64,000 nt of DNA from Coxiellaceae bacterium (GTDB lineage Bacteria > Pseudomonadota > Gammaproteobacteria > JAJRRL01), in contig JBIKMG010000001.1 in assembly GCA_044359385.1 (NCBI GenBank), positions 13,363 to 77,362 of the forward strand, written 5' to 3'. The position numbers and the translations under genes were made by a program. Shown one piece after another: positions 19,868 through 29,947 of the stretch. How positions within the stretch are numbered: position 1 is the first letter of the stretch; each line of letters starts with the position of its first letter. Under the pieces are notes generated by a model. The model did not search any database. It worked only from the letters and a program-made list of their open reading frames with translations, and was not told where the DNA came from.

Positions 19868-20143
19868 TCAGTCTTTTTTATTTTTTCTTAATGCTTCTAT
19901 ATTGGCATGAATGCCTGATACCAACTCAGATACTTCTTTCAACTGAACAGCCATTTCATCCGCAAACTCTTGCTGATATTCTTCCCAGTTTTTTACCCAA
20001 ATAACCAATTGCTCCAACTGCAAACCAAGCTCATCATCCGCTTCTGGACTTGGGATGCCATTGGCTGGATTTATCATCCCTTTCACACTATCCATTACTG
20101 ACTGCAAAGAGGGTAACTCGAAACGTTTTTTAGAATCACTCAT
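19868..20143 (-). CDS. Hypothetical acidic 91-aa protein, translationally coupled to recJ (TAAATG junction)
   Basis: Its ATG directly abuts the recJ stop codon. Predicted helical and acidic (ELGLQLEQLVIWVKNWEEYQQEFADEMAVQLKE). No recognisable family. Confidence 0.45.
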   Translation of the reverse strand: MSDSKKRFELPSLQSVMDSVKGMINPANGIPSPEADDELGLQLEQLVIWVKNWEEYQQEFADEMAVQLKEVSELVSGIHANIEALRKNKKD

Positions 20144-21874
20144 TTATTTTTTCTCCTTTTGTAAAGTCAAGACTATCAATTGCATGCGCTTACGATCCCG
20201 AAAATTATTGACATCTAAACGATACGCAACACGCACTGGCTGCGCAGGTGCGTGCTTCCAGCTCTCTACATCCGCTCGAAACCAGATGGCATCGATCGAT
20301 TGATCCTCCCCCGGCAGACGCAATTCCAATTTAAGGTGCTCTTGCGAAACCACACGTTGAGATATTAATTCAAAACGGCCATCAAAAACTGGCTCTGGAA
20401 AACATTGCCCCCAAGGTACTATAAAACGTAACTCTTCAGCAAATGCAAGTGTCATTTCATGACTTGCTAACTCACCATCTGAAGCGATGATATCTTGACA
20501 ATCTTTTTCAGATAAATTTTGTGAGATCACTTCACAAAAAGCATTCGCGAATTCCTGATAATTACTTTTCTTTATTTTGAGACCAGCCGCCATTGCGTGA
20601 CCACCAAACTGTTCAATGAGATCTAAACGTTTGGCCGCGACTTGAACCAAAGCATCACGTATATGCACACCTGGAACCGATCGTGCTGAACCTTTTAAAT
20701 AGTCATCTCCATCTTTTGCGAAAGCAATCACGGGTCTGGACAACTTTTCCTTCAGCCGTGATGCAACCAATCCAACCACACCTAAGTGCCAACTGGACTC
20801 ATGCACACAAACACCTAAGGGCATATTTCCCTCGAGTTTTAGCTGCTCAACTACTTTAAAGGCTTGTAATGACATATCCGACTCAATTTCGCGACGAGAT
20901 CGGTTTAACTCATCTAAAAGACTAGCTAATCGATACGCTTCTTCATCCGTATCCGATAATAAACAAGCAATACCAATACTCATATCCTCCAAACGGCCCG
21001 CTGCATTCAAACGTGGACCCAGAGCAAACCCCAAATCTTGTGCAACGACACGCTCGGGCTCACGTCCAGCAATTTGAAGAAGCGCCTTTATACCTGGACA
21101 TGCCTGCCCTAATCGCATTCGCAAAAGACCTTGAGCAACCAAAATTCGGTTATTCTGATCTAGAGGAACAACATCCGCCACAATTCCCAACGCAACGATA
21201 TCTAAAACACAGGCTAAATTCGGCACAGGAATACCTTTTTTCTCAAACCAAGCATTCGCTTGCAAACGTTTTCGTAGTGCAATCATCACATAATACAAAA
21301 CCCCAACACCTGCCATTGCTTTACTTGCGAACAAGCAACCTGCTTGATTCGGATTAACAATAGCGCAAGCATCCGGGAGTGTTTCTCCCGGCAAATGATG
21401 ATCCGTAATAATGACATCGATACCTGCTGCATTCGCCGCTGCAACACCATCCACACTGGTCATTCCATTATCTACAGTCACGATTAAATCAGGATTTTTT
21501 TCTTGTGCTATTTTGACTAATTTCGGTGTCAACCCATAACCACAAATGAATCGATCGGGAACTAAATACAGCACTGAGCTAGCGCCCATTTCTCGAAGCA
21601 ACTTGACAGCAACTGCTGTGCTGGTTGCGCCATCCGCATCAAAATCACCCACTATCAAAATACGTTGATTTTTTTCTATCGCAAGAACCAATCGATCCAA
21701 GGCTTGCTCTAAACCCTTCAAGGAATCTGGTTTTAAAAGGCCTGACAATCCCTGCTCTAGCTCCCTAGTAAACTGCAGTCCACGGACTGAAAAAATACGC
21801 TGCCACACCGGCGATAACGATTGCAGCCCTTCTGGGACATTTTTCTGTTCACGACGTAAAATAGTGGTTGTCAC
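20144..21874 (-). CDS. recJ: Single-stranded-DNA-specific exonuclease RecJ
   Basis: 576 aa with DHH family motifs (ILIVGDFDADGATS, ITDHH) and a DHHA1 region (GGHAMAAG). Confidence 0.92.
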   Translation of the reverse strand: MTTTILRREQKNVPEGLQSLSPVWQRIFSVRGLQFTRELEQGLSGLLKPDSLKGLEQALDRLVLAIEKNQRILIVGDFDADGATSTAVAVKLLREMGASSVLYLVPDRFICGYGLTPKLVKIAQEKNPDLIVTVDNGMTSVDGVAAANAAGIDVIITDHHLPGETLPDACAIVNPNQAGCLFASKAMAGVGVLYYVMIALRKRLQANAWFEKKGIPVPNLACVLDIVALGIVADVVPLDQNNRILVAQGLLRMRLGQACPGIKALLQIAGREPERVVAQDLGFALGPRLNAAGRLEDMSIGIACLLSDTDEEAYRLASLLDELNRSRREIESDMSLQAFKVVEQLKLEGNMPLGVCVHESSWHLGVVGLVASRLKEKLSRPVIAFAKDGDDYLKGSARSVPGVHIRDALVQVAAKRLDLIEQFGGHAMAAGLKIKKSNYQEFANAFCEVISQNLSEKDCQDIIASDGELASHEMTLAFAEELRFIVPWGQCFPEPVFDGRFELISQRVVSQEHLKLELRLPGEDQSIDAIWFRADVESWKHAPAQPVRVAYRLDVNNFRDRKRMQLIVLTLQKEKK

Positions 21875-21922
21875 TCTGCTTCCTTGAAAAAGTTATTAAA
21901 CCAGTCTCTCATGAGACAACAC

Positions 21923-21951
21923 AAAAAAAAAGCCCGCTTACGCGGGCTTTT
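21923..21951 (-). terminator. Rho-independent terminator downstream of the outer-membrane protein gene
   Basis: GCCCGC-ttac-GCGGGC hairpin. It is flanked by a run of nine T on the minus-strand transcript and by TTTT on the plus strand, so it could act bidirectionally. Confidence 0.75.
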
Positions 21952-21967
21952 AACTCAGCAACTTGAA

Positions 21968-22669
21968 TTAGAAGCTGTATGTTAAGCCGACTGCTGCCAA
22001 TCCGAAAGAAGGACCGAACTGGTTGAAGTCTTTCTTAACTGTGTCAGAACCCACTTTAATCGTTTTAGAACCATTGATACCGAAGTAGTGAGCGTAAGAA
22101 ACAGTCACTGCAAGATCCGAAGTCACATTGTAACCTAAGCCCAATTCCGCACGCGGCATCCAGTTCCAAGTAGTCACTGATTTATCGGTAGAGGACAATT
22201 CACTATTTAGACCTGTGGTTTTGAAGTCAACCATAGCCATACCTGCTTTAGCAAAAGCAAACATTTGTTCAGAGAAAGCTAAGCTACCAACTAGATCCGC
22301 ATCAAAACCAACTAAAGCTTGTGTACGAATGTTGTAAGGCAAATCTTTAGCACTCACGGAGGTGCTCATCGCTATTTTTTGAGAACCGAATGTACCTGCA
22401 CCTAGTTCTAACCCTAGGTTTTGATCAAACATATAACCTGCAAAAACACGTGCACCAAAAGCACCTTGCTCTTTCGAGTAAACTGAACGCTTGTCAGCCG
22501 TTACGGTTGACTCTTTATCCAAGCCATAGTGAGCAACGTAGCCAGCTTGTGCGCCTGCATAAGGATGAGCATTGTTTTCAATGGCAGCAGGAGCTTGATC
22601 CAAACCACCAGCGAAAGCGCTAACTGAAACTGCAGAAGCAGCAATCAATAGTAGACCTTTTTTTAACAT
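21968..22669 (-). CDS. Outer-membrane beta-barrel protein (small porin / OmpA-like barrel family)
   Basis: 233 aa with an N-terminal signal peptide (MLKKGLLLIAASAVSVSAFA). It has alternating amphipathic beta-strands and a C-terminal aromatic signature, ...GLTYSF, ending in Phe. Confidence 0.7.
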   Translation of the reverse strand: MLKKGLLLIAASAVSVSAFAGGLDQAPAAIENNAHPYAGAQAGYVAHYGLDKESTVTADKRSVYSKEQGAFGARVFAGYMFDQNLGLELGAGTFGSQKIAMSTSVSAKDLPYNIRTQALVGFDADLVGSLAFSEQMFAFAKAGMAMVDFKTTGLNSELSSTDKSVTTWNWMPRAELGLGYNVTSDLAVTVSYAHYFGINGSKTIKVGSDTVKKDFNQFGPSFGLAAVGLTYSF

Positions 22670-23248
22670 AGTATATTATCCTATTTTTTAAGTTAACATC
22701 CTTTCTTCACCGATGGCAAAATCAAAATGATAGTCACCTATACATCCGTATAATGCGTGGAATATATCAGCTAATTTTTAACATGCAAACTAAAAGCAGA
22801 AATATTTCTTTTTTTTTACATTAATTCTCCTGATTTAGTAATAATGTTTCAAAAAATATTCTTTAAATAAATTTCTACCCCTTGCTTTTCGCATAAAATT
22901 ACAGAGAAGAATGACTGCGAAAATTGTGGCTTCGTTACATAGCCGTTTTTTCCAGGCTAAATCAATTTTTTGGGATTGCTTCGTTGGGCTTCCCGCTTTT
23001 CCTGCCATGACAAAAAAAAAGAACCGTCATTGCAAATCAGACATTTTCTGATCGCGAGCGCAGCGAAGGAACAAACAGCTTCATGTGTTCTCCTGTCCAT
23101 TAACCAAAATGCCCCTTGGCCAATACAACGCTACGCAATCCGAAGCTATTGCACCGTTCTCGCATCATCCAGACTCTTTGCTGAGAATCCTGCAGTTGTG
23201 CTCTCCAGTCATTCCCGTTATCATACGGTTTTTTATACGAGAACAGGC

Positions 23249-23599
23249 ATGGTTGATACACAATCACTAACCGAGCAGCTTATCCATACCCTAGATGAGA
23301 ACAAAGGGCTCTCTATTACAGCCATCGACATCCGTGAGCACAGCGACTTAGCTGAGCACATGATAGTTTGTACCGCTGCCTCCGGACGCCACGCCAAAAC
23401 CCTTGCCGATAAAGCCTGGGTCGCTGCTAAGCAGGCCGGGGTCAAACCTATTGGACAAGAAGGTGACGATTCCTCTGGCTGGATCTTACTTGATCTAGAT
23501 AGGGTCATCATCCACATCATGCTCGCTGATGCTCGAAAATACTACCAACTAGAAGACCTTTGGAACTTAAGCCTTCCGCGTAATGGCGATGCAGATTAA
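23249..23599 (+). CDS. rsfS: Ribosomal silencing factor RsfS (Iojap)
   Basis: MVDTQSLTEQLIHTLDENKGLSITAIDIREHSDLAEHMIVCTAASGRHAKTLAD... aligns with E. coli RsfS. The annotated long ORF starting at 22970 is an N-terminal over-extension. Confidence 0.85.
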   Translation: MVDTQSLTEQLIHTLDENKGLSITAIDIREHSDLAEHMIVCTAASGRHAKTLADKAWVAAKQAGVKPIGQEGDDSSGWILLDLDRVIIHIMLADARKYYQLEDLWNLSLPRNGDAD

Positions 23600-24056
23600 C
23601 CTAATCGCTATCGGTACCAAAATGCCTCAATGGGTCAATACCGCTTGGGAAAATTACACCAAACGCCTACCCAAAGAATGGCAATTGAAGCTCATTGAAA
23701 TTCCCGCAAAAAACCGAGGCAAACAGGCTCCCATTCAGCGCATTTTAGAAATTGAAGGAGAGCAACTCCTGAAAGCTGCCAGCGGCTGCGACCTCATCAT
23801 TGCACTTGATCGCATCGGAAAAGCAATTAGCAGCCAAGTCCTAGCCGAATCTTGCTCTAGCTGGCTAAGAAATCAGCACCGAGTTGGGATTTTAATCGGT
23901 GGACCGGAAGGTTTGTCTGATAGCTGTCTCGCTGCAGCCCCTATTCGTTGGTCCCTATCTGAAATGACCCTACCACACCCCCTGGTACGAATAGTGATAG
24001 CAGAGCAGCTATTTCGTGCCTGGAGCATTCTTAACAATCACCCCTATCATCGTTAA
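23583..24056 (+). CDS. rlmH: 23S rRNA (pseudouridine1915-N3)-methyltransferase RlmH
   Basis: 157-aa SPOUT protein (INLIAIGTKMPQW..., GILIGGPEGLS). It overlaps the rsfS end, as in the conserved rsfS-rlmH-mrdAB operon. Confidence 0.9.
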   Translation: MAMQINLIAIGTKMPQWVNTAWENYTKRLPKEWQLKLIEIPAKNRGKQAPIQRILEIEGEQLLKAASGCDLIIALDRIGKAISSQVLAESCSSWLRNQHRVGILIGGPEGLSDSCLAAAPIRWSLSEMTLPHPLVRIVIAEQLFRAWSILNNHPYHR

Positions 24057-24229
24057 TTGATCTCCCTCTGGGTCAGACCCTATGCATAAATTTGACTTAA
24101 CTCGCTGAGCTTGTTACAAAAGTTACTCGGCTCACTCGAGATGGTTTTTGATCCCCCGGATCCAAAATCTCGAAAATAGGATCGCTTCATCGAACTATCA
24201 AGAATAGGAAGAGCAAAAAGGAAAGACAC

Positions 24230-26107
24230 ATGGTTGAAAAAACCTCGATCCAGCACCAACGGGAACAACATAATCGAATATTTCATCAGCGCTTGATTTG
24301 GCTCACTCTTTTTTTTGCTGCCTTTGTCGTTACACTCGGTCTTCGCCTCGTTCAAATGCAATGGAGAAATCACTCCCATTACGCTTCTTTATCGGAAAAT
24401 AATTTACTGACTTTTATACCTGTTGCTCCGACGCGCGGACTCATCCTGGACAGAAATGGCGCCTTGCTTGCTATAAACAAGCCAAGCTCAACCTTAGCAC
24501 TACTACCGAACCGAGAAAAAAATCTCAAAAAAACGATTAACGATATCCGTGCCTATATCCCGATTAGCAGGAACGAAGAAAAAATTTTTTTTAAATCCCT
24601 CGGACAATACCGGCATTATGAGCCTATCCCACTCAAGTCTCGCTTAACAGAAAGTGAAGTTGCTCTTTTTTACACGCATATTTTCAAGCTGCCTGGCGCC
24701 TTAATTGAAACACAACTCTTAAGAGAATACCCCACTCACACCACCATGGGCCCTTTATTGGGATATGTCGGACGCATCAATAATCAAGATAAAATGCAAA
24801 TCGATTTCGAAGACTACCAAGCTCAACCGATCATCGGTAAAACAGGACTCGAAAGTGAATATGAGACCTTGTTACATGGAAAATCTGGGGCTGAAGTTGC
24901 ACAAACCAATGCCAATGGACACATCATGCACTTAATCAAACATAAACCAGCTATCGGCGGTAAAAACTTAACGCTAACCATTGATTTGAAGCTGCAACAA
25001 AAAGCAGAAGAACTTCTACAAGGCTTAGAGGGCTCCATTGTAATGATTGATCCGCGAAATGGAGAAATTTTAGCGATGGCCAATGCGCCTACTTTTGATA
25101 ACAACTTATTCTCCGGCGGAATTACCCAGGCTGACTACAATAATCTCCTAAACGACCCTTCTCACCCTCTATTTGACCGCGCCTTACGTGGACAATTCGC
25201 TCCTGGATCAACCATCAAACCTTTTTACGCACTCGCAGCCTTAAACGATGGGTTAATAACACCTGAAACGCATGTTTATGACAGAGATGGCACCTTTCGA
25301 CTGCCGGGAGTTCAACATGTTTATCACGACTGGACCTGGTTTATTCACAAAGGAGGCCACGGCTGGGTTGATGCAGAAAAAGCGCTACAAACCTCTTGCG
25401 ATATTTTCTTTTATGAACTGGCCAATAAAGCGGGTATCCGAAAAATGGATACCGCTCTGTTTCTCTTTGGTTTTGGTCAAAAAACGTATATCGATCTACC
25501 TCATGAACTATCTGGCGTTGTTCCAACGCCAGAATGGAAGAAGCATACCTTTGGTAAAAATTGGTATACCGGGGACACCATTGAGGCGGGGATTGGACAA
25601 GGTTATCTATCTGTCACCCCTTTGCAACTTGCTTCCTCTATTGGCATGTTGGCAATGAAAGGACGCCACTTTAGGCCTCACCTATTAAAAGCCATCTCCA
25701 CTCCCGATGGCGAGAGCGTTGAAACACCTATCACTGAGCTAAAATCAGCTGAACCACCCAGTGAAGATGCGTGGAATACCGTGGTTAAAGGCATGCAACT
25801 GGTTATCGACGGTCCTCAAGGTACCGCTACTTTTTTTGGCCGACACCCTGACTTTACTGTTGCGGGTAAAACAGGAACGGCTCAAGTCTATGGCCATGCG
25901 CGCGACGAAGAAGCCATTCGCAACAATATACCTAAAAAATTACGCAATAATCATTTATTTATTGCTTTCGCGCCTGTCGAAAACCCGACCATCGCTATTG
26001 CTGTTATTCTAGAGCACGAAGCTATGGCAGACAGATGCGCAGGCATTTTACTGCGCGAGTATTTTCAATTAAAAGGAGCCGAAAATGTATCGAGTAAAGA
26101 CCCTTAA
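24230..26107 (+). CDS. mrdA: Peptidoglycan D,D-transpeptidase PBP2
   Basis: 625 aa colinear with E. coli PBP2 (STIKP SxxK motif, SCD near the SxN position, KTGTA for KTG). Confidence 0.93.
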   Translation: MVEKTSIQHQREQHNRIFHQRLIWLTLFFAAFVVTLGLRLVQMQWRNHSHYASLSENNLLTFIPVAPTRGLILDRNGALLAINKPSSTLALLPNREKNLKKTINDIRAYIPISRNEEKIFFKSLGQYRHYEPIPLKSRLTESEVALFYTHIFKLPGALIETQLLREYPTHTTMGPLLGYVGRINNQDKMQIDFEDYQAQPIIGKTGLESEYETLLHGKSGAEVAQTNANGHIMHLIKHKPAIGGKNLTLTIDLKLQQKAEELLQGLEGSIVMIDPRNGEILAMANAPTFDNNLFSGGITQADYNNLLNDPSHPLFDRALRGQFAPGSTIKPFYALAALNDGLITPETHVYDRDGTFRLPGVQHVYHDWTWFIHKGGHGWVDAEKALQTSCDIFFYELANKAGIRKMDTALFLFGFGQKTYIDLPHELSGVVPTPEWKKHTFGKNWYTGDTIEAGIGQGYLSVTPLQLASSIGMLAMKGRHFRPHLLKAISTPDGESVETPITELKSAEPPSEDAWNTVVKGMQLVIDGPQGTATFFGRHPDFTVAGKTGTAQVYGHARDEEAIRNNIPKKLRNNHLFIAFAPVENPTIAIAVILEHEAMADRCAGILLREYFQLKGAENVSSKDP

Positions 26108-27188
26108 AGTGGGTCGCTTTCAAATTTTTCGACCTATTGACTGGACGCTCCTAGCTCTAATCGCCTTACTGGCAGCTTTTGGAATGCTGGTTTTATTCTC
26201 TGCCGCTAGCATGTCTAATCGAGTCTTAATCAGTCAAGCGCTGCACTTATTGATTGCCTGTGGTGTTTTATGCTTGTGCGCTAATATTAAACCTGAAATT
26301 TATGAAGCCTTTGCACCATACCTCTATCTCGCTGGCATACTTTTACTGCTAGCCGTGATGGGCATTGGTCATCTCGATAAAGGCGCCAGACGTTGGCTTA
26401 ATCTGGGATTTATCAGCATACAACCATCTGAATTAATGAAACTCATTCTACCCATTATGCTAGCCTCGTATTTAGCCAAAATAAAAGCCAAACCTAATTT
26501 ACGTCAACTTAGTTTTTCCCTACTCTTAATTGCTGTCCCTTTTATTATCGTTATAAAAGAACCTGACTTGGGTACAGCAATTATGATTGCTGCTGCTGGC
26601 ATTTGGATCATTTTTTTATGCGGCATCCCGTATCGTTATTTACTCATTGCTAGTATTAGTTTGATTACAGCAATTCCAGTTGCTTGGCATTTTATGCACG
26701 CCTACCAAAAAAAACGCATCTTAACTTTTTTAGACCCTGAACAAGATCCTTTGGGCGCAGGTTATCACATTATTCAATCTAAAATTGCGATTGGATCAGG
26801 TGGCATCATAGGTAAAGGCTTTTTGCATGGAACGCAAACACACCTACAGTTTCTACCTGAACACAGCACTGATTTTATCTATGCCGTAATCGGGGAAGAG
26901 TTTGGACTGATCGGCTGCTGCGTGATATTAGGTCTTTTTTTTGCTATTTTTATGCGCTGCATTTGGCTCACCTCTCAAACTAAAAATCTTTTTTCCCGCT
27001 ACCTAATCACAGCCATTGCTGCTTCCTTCCTACTCGAAGGGCTAGTCAATATTGGAATGGTCACAGGACTACTTCCCGTTGTTGGTGTCCCCTTACCCTT
27101 TGTTAGCTATGGAGGAAGCGCACTACTGACATTGGGAGCTGGATTTGGTATTATTATGTCACTCCAAGCAAACAAAACTTTGTGGTAG
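26085..27188 (+). CDS. mrdB: Peptidoglycan glycosyltransferase RodA (SEDS family)
   Basis: 367-aa polytopic membrane protein of the FtsW/RodA family. It overlaps the mrdA end. Confidence 0.9.
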   Translation: MYRVKTLKVGRFQIFRPIDWTLLALIALLAAFGMLVLFSAASMSNRVLISQALHLLIACGVLCLCANIKPEIYEAFAPYLYLAGILLLLAVMGIGHLDKGARRWLNLGFISIQPSELMKLILPIMLASYLAKIKAKPNLRQLSFSLLLIAVPFIIVIKEPDLGTAIMIAAAGIWIIFLCGIPYRYLLIASISLITAIPVAWHFMHAYQKKRILTFLDPEQDPLGAGYHIIQSKIAIGSGGIIGKGFLHGTQTHLQFLPEHSTDFIYAVIGEEFGLIGCCVILGLFFAIFMRCIWLTSQTKNLFSRYLITAIAASFLLEGLVNIGMVTGLLPVVGVPLPFVSYGGSALLTLGAGFGIIMSLQANKTLW

Positions 27189-27235
27189 TGAAAACCGTTT
27201 AATTGACACGAATATAGCATTGAGGGAACAATACT

Positions 27236-28096
27236 ATGAAAAAAATGATTCTATTTTTTTTCAGCCCATTCTTGCTAAGCCCACTCCTTTGCCTAGGCGA
27301 AACCGGGTTAACTCAAGCACAAAAACAATTTGCTCACCAACTAGCGATACAAGACAATTTTGACGAGCAACAAGTACTGACTTGGCTTAAAAAAAGCAAG
27401 CCCGAACAAGTTATACTCACAGACACCAAACATCCCAAAGAGGATAGCCGTTGGGATCTTTACGAAAAACTTTTTATTACACAACGAAATATCGAAGATG
27501 GTGTTGCCTTTTACAAAAAAAACGAAAAAACACTGACTAAATCCTATCAACAACAGGGTGTTGATAGGGCTATCGTGGTTGCCATCATTGGCATAGAAAG
27601 CCATTTTGGCGAGCATCAAGGAAATCACGATGCCGTGACTGCTCTCAATACGCTGGCCTTCTACGGAAACAGGCGCCAAGAACTTTTCAAAGAAGAACTA
27701 AGAGATCTTTTTTTACTATCTCGGAAACTCAACCTAGATCCTCTCACGATAAAAAGCTCTTATTCTGGTGCTTTAGGCCAACCGCAGTTTATGCCCACTA
27801 CGTATTTGCATTATGCGATTTCACCAACGGGAAAACAATCCAATTTATTTACACACACCGATGATACTATTTTTAGTATCGCCAACTACCTAGCTAAGAT
27901 GGGCTGGAAGAAGGGCGAGCCTGTCGCGATTAAAACAACCAAAAGATCTGATCTAACATTTGATTTCTTAGAAGACGGCAAAAATGAATTATGGGATAAA
28001 TCTGTTAATTTTCCAGCTATTCATCACTATAACCAAAGCAACAAATACGTCCTAGCTGTATCTGAGCTAGCCGATAAAATAAGACAAAAACTATGA
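27236..28096 (+). CDS. mltB: Lytic murein transglycosylase B family protein
   Basis: 286 aa with a signal peptide. GIESHFGEHQG...GALGQPQFMPTTY is characteristic of MltB / GH103. Confidence 0.8.
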   Translation: MKKMILFFFSPFLLSPLLCLGETGLTQAQKQFAHQLAIQDNFDEQQVLTWLKKSKPEQVILTDTKHPKEDSRWDLYEKLFITQRNIEDGVAFYKKNEKTLTKSYQQQGVDRAIVVAIIGIESHFGEHQGNHDAVTALNTLAFYGNRRQELFKEELRDLFLLSRKLNLDPLTIKSSYSGALGQPQFMPTTYLHYAISPTGKQSNLFTHTDDTIFSIANYLAKMGWKKGEPVAIKTTKRSDLTFDFLEDGKNELWDKSVNFPAIHHYNQSNKYVLAVSELADKIRQKL

Positions 28097-29781
28097 CTCA
28101 CGATAAATTACGCGAAGCCAAAAATTTATTCCATCAAGGACAGATAGAAAAAGCATATGCCTTATGTGAGGAGCTCTGTAAAAAATATCCCGACAAAGCT
28201 GATGTACACCATCTGTATTCAATGATCTTAACACAACTAGGCGACATAGATTCCGCATTAAATCATATTGAAACCGCTATTGCGTTAATGCCAGAATCCC
28301 CTCAGTTACATAATAACAAAGGCAACATTTATCTTCGCAACGGCAATATATCAGAAGCTATTGCCTGTTATGAACAAGCCATTTTACTCGACACCACCTA
28401 CGCCCCTGCGCACAACAACTTAGGAAATTGTTTTTTCAAACTGAATGAACCCGCAAAGGCAAAGGAATACTACTTAACCGCTCTTCGCCTTGAACCCAAT
28501 TTTGCAGATGCTCACTTTAATTATGCAAGGCTTTTGCTGCTGGATGGCAATACGATGAGTGCACGATATGTACTGCAACACGCCCTAGAGCTCAATAGCA
28601 AACACCCAGCCGTCTTGGGACAACTAGCAGAAATTGCATTAATGGAGTCTGAATACGAAGAGGCTGCTGAATTTTTTTCTGATCGATTGAAGCTTCAACC
28701 CACACATGCAGATACTTACCACAGCTTAGGCATTGCACTTTACAAATTAGGCGATTTTGAAAATGCTGCGAATGCTTTCACCTACTCTATCGAATTAGGA
28801 ACCAGTTCACCAGATGCACACTTTAATCTGGCTAATGCAAAAATAGAAATGGGTGAATTTAAAGAAGCGTTAAAACACTATATGCAGCAACTAGAAGTGG
28901 AAGCAACCGCAGAAACCTACTACAACATCGGGGTGATCTTAATGGCTCAAGATCACCACAAAGACGCCCTACACTATTTTCAAAGTGCATTACATAAAGA
29001 CCCTCACAATATTGAAACCCTACAAAATGTGGCAGCCATTTACCTAAAACAAAGCCAAATTAATGACGCTATTCAAATTTATAATCAAATTATTCAACTG
29101 TCTCCCCATAACAAAGAAATTAAGCACATCGTTAATGCGCTATCCGGTGGCCACACACCAGCAAAATCCCCGCGTGAGTATGTTAAAAACTTATTTAATC
29201 ACTACGCCAGCTATTATGAAAAACATTTACAGAAACATCTTCATTACGATGTACCTGAGCAATTGGTTCGCGCCCTTGAGGAAGAAGCCCAGTCTGGAGA
29301 AACAGAATCTTGGCGCGTATTGGATTTAGGCTGCGGAACCGGCTTAGTCGGTGAAAAAATAAAACACCTAACGAAACATTTAGTGGGTGTTGATATTTCA
29401 CCCAATATGATTCAGCAATCCGAAAAAAAGAAAATTTACAATGATCTCATGATTGGTGACTTGAGTGATGTTTTTTCTTCGCAAGCAGATATGGATGTTG
29501 TCATCGCTGGGGATGTATTCACTTATATCGGCGATCTTAGTGATATTTTTCAAAAAACTTATCAGGTATTAAAAATAGGTGGTTTTTTTGCATTTACGAT
29601 TGAAAAAACAAATGATGCCGACTATATCCTGCAAAAAACGATCCGCTATGCTCACTGTAAGAAATATATTGAACAACTGAGTGTTCAGAATAATTTTACA
29701 ATCTCGCGCCTTGCTAATATCACGCTTCGTCGGCAGCACGGTCAGCCGGTTGAGGGCTATTTAATTATTTTACGCAAATAA
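28093..29781 (+). CDS. TPR-repeat protein with C-terminal class I SAM-dependent methyltransferase domain
   Basis: About 9 TPR units (AxxxYxxAL periodicity). The C-terminus has VLDLGCGTGLVGE (motif I), VVIAGDVFTY and LKIGGFFAF. Its ATG overlaps the mltB stop (ATGA). Confidence 0.8.
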   Translation: MTHDKLREAKNLFHQGQIEKAYALCEELCKKYPDKADVHHLYSMILTQLGDIDSALNHIETAIALMPESPQLHNNKGNIYLRNGNISEAIACYEQAILLDTTYAPAHNNLGNCFFKLNEPAKAKEYYLTALRLEPNFADAHFNYARLLLLDGNTMSARYVLQHALELNSKHPAVLGQLAEIALMESEYEEAAEFFSDRLKLQPTHADTYHSLGIALYKLGDFENAANAFTYSIELGTSSPDAHFNLANAKIEMGEFKEALKHYMQQLEVEATAETYYNIGVILMAQDHHKDALHYFQSALHKDPHNIETLQNVAAIYLKQSQINDAIQIYNQIIQLSPHNKEIKHIVNALSGGHTPAKSPREYVKNLFNHYASYYEKHLQKHLHYDVPEQLVRALEEEAQSGETESWRVLDLGCGTGLVGEKIKHLTKHLVGVDISPNMIQQSEKKKIYNDLMIGDLSDVFSSQADMDVVIAGDVFTYIGDLSDIFQKTYQVLKIGGFFAFTIEKTNDADYILQKTIRYAHCKKYIEQLSVQNNFTISRLANITLRRQHGQPVEGYLIILRK

Positions 29782-29947
29782 TTTGGATTTATCGCTAGAA
29801 TAGATGAGAGACTACAAGCATTCATTGAATACATGAAACGCAAGCCACCATAGGTTCTGAAATTGGGAGTCACAAGAGGCAGCGCAGCCATTATCCCTGG
29901 CTGCACCGTTTCTCGAATCCAATTACCTGCTAAAAAAGGTAACGCTA

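Noticed and set aside
22970-23248. Long N-terminal extension of the rsfS ORF (annotated 209-aa ORF starting at 22970)
   Set aside because: Only the last 117 aa align with RsfS. The upstream 90 residues or so are not protein-like and overlap the promoter region, so the start was moved to the ATG at 23249.
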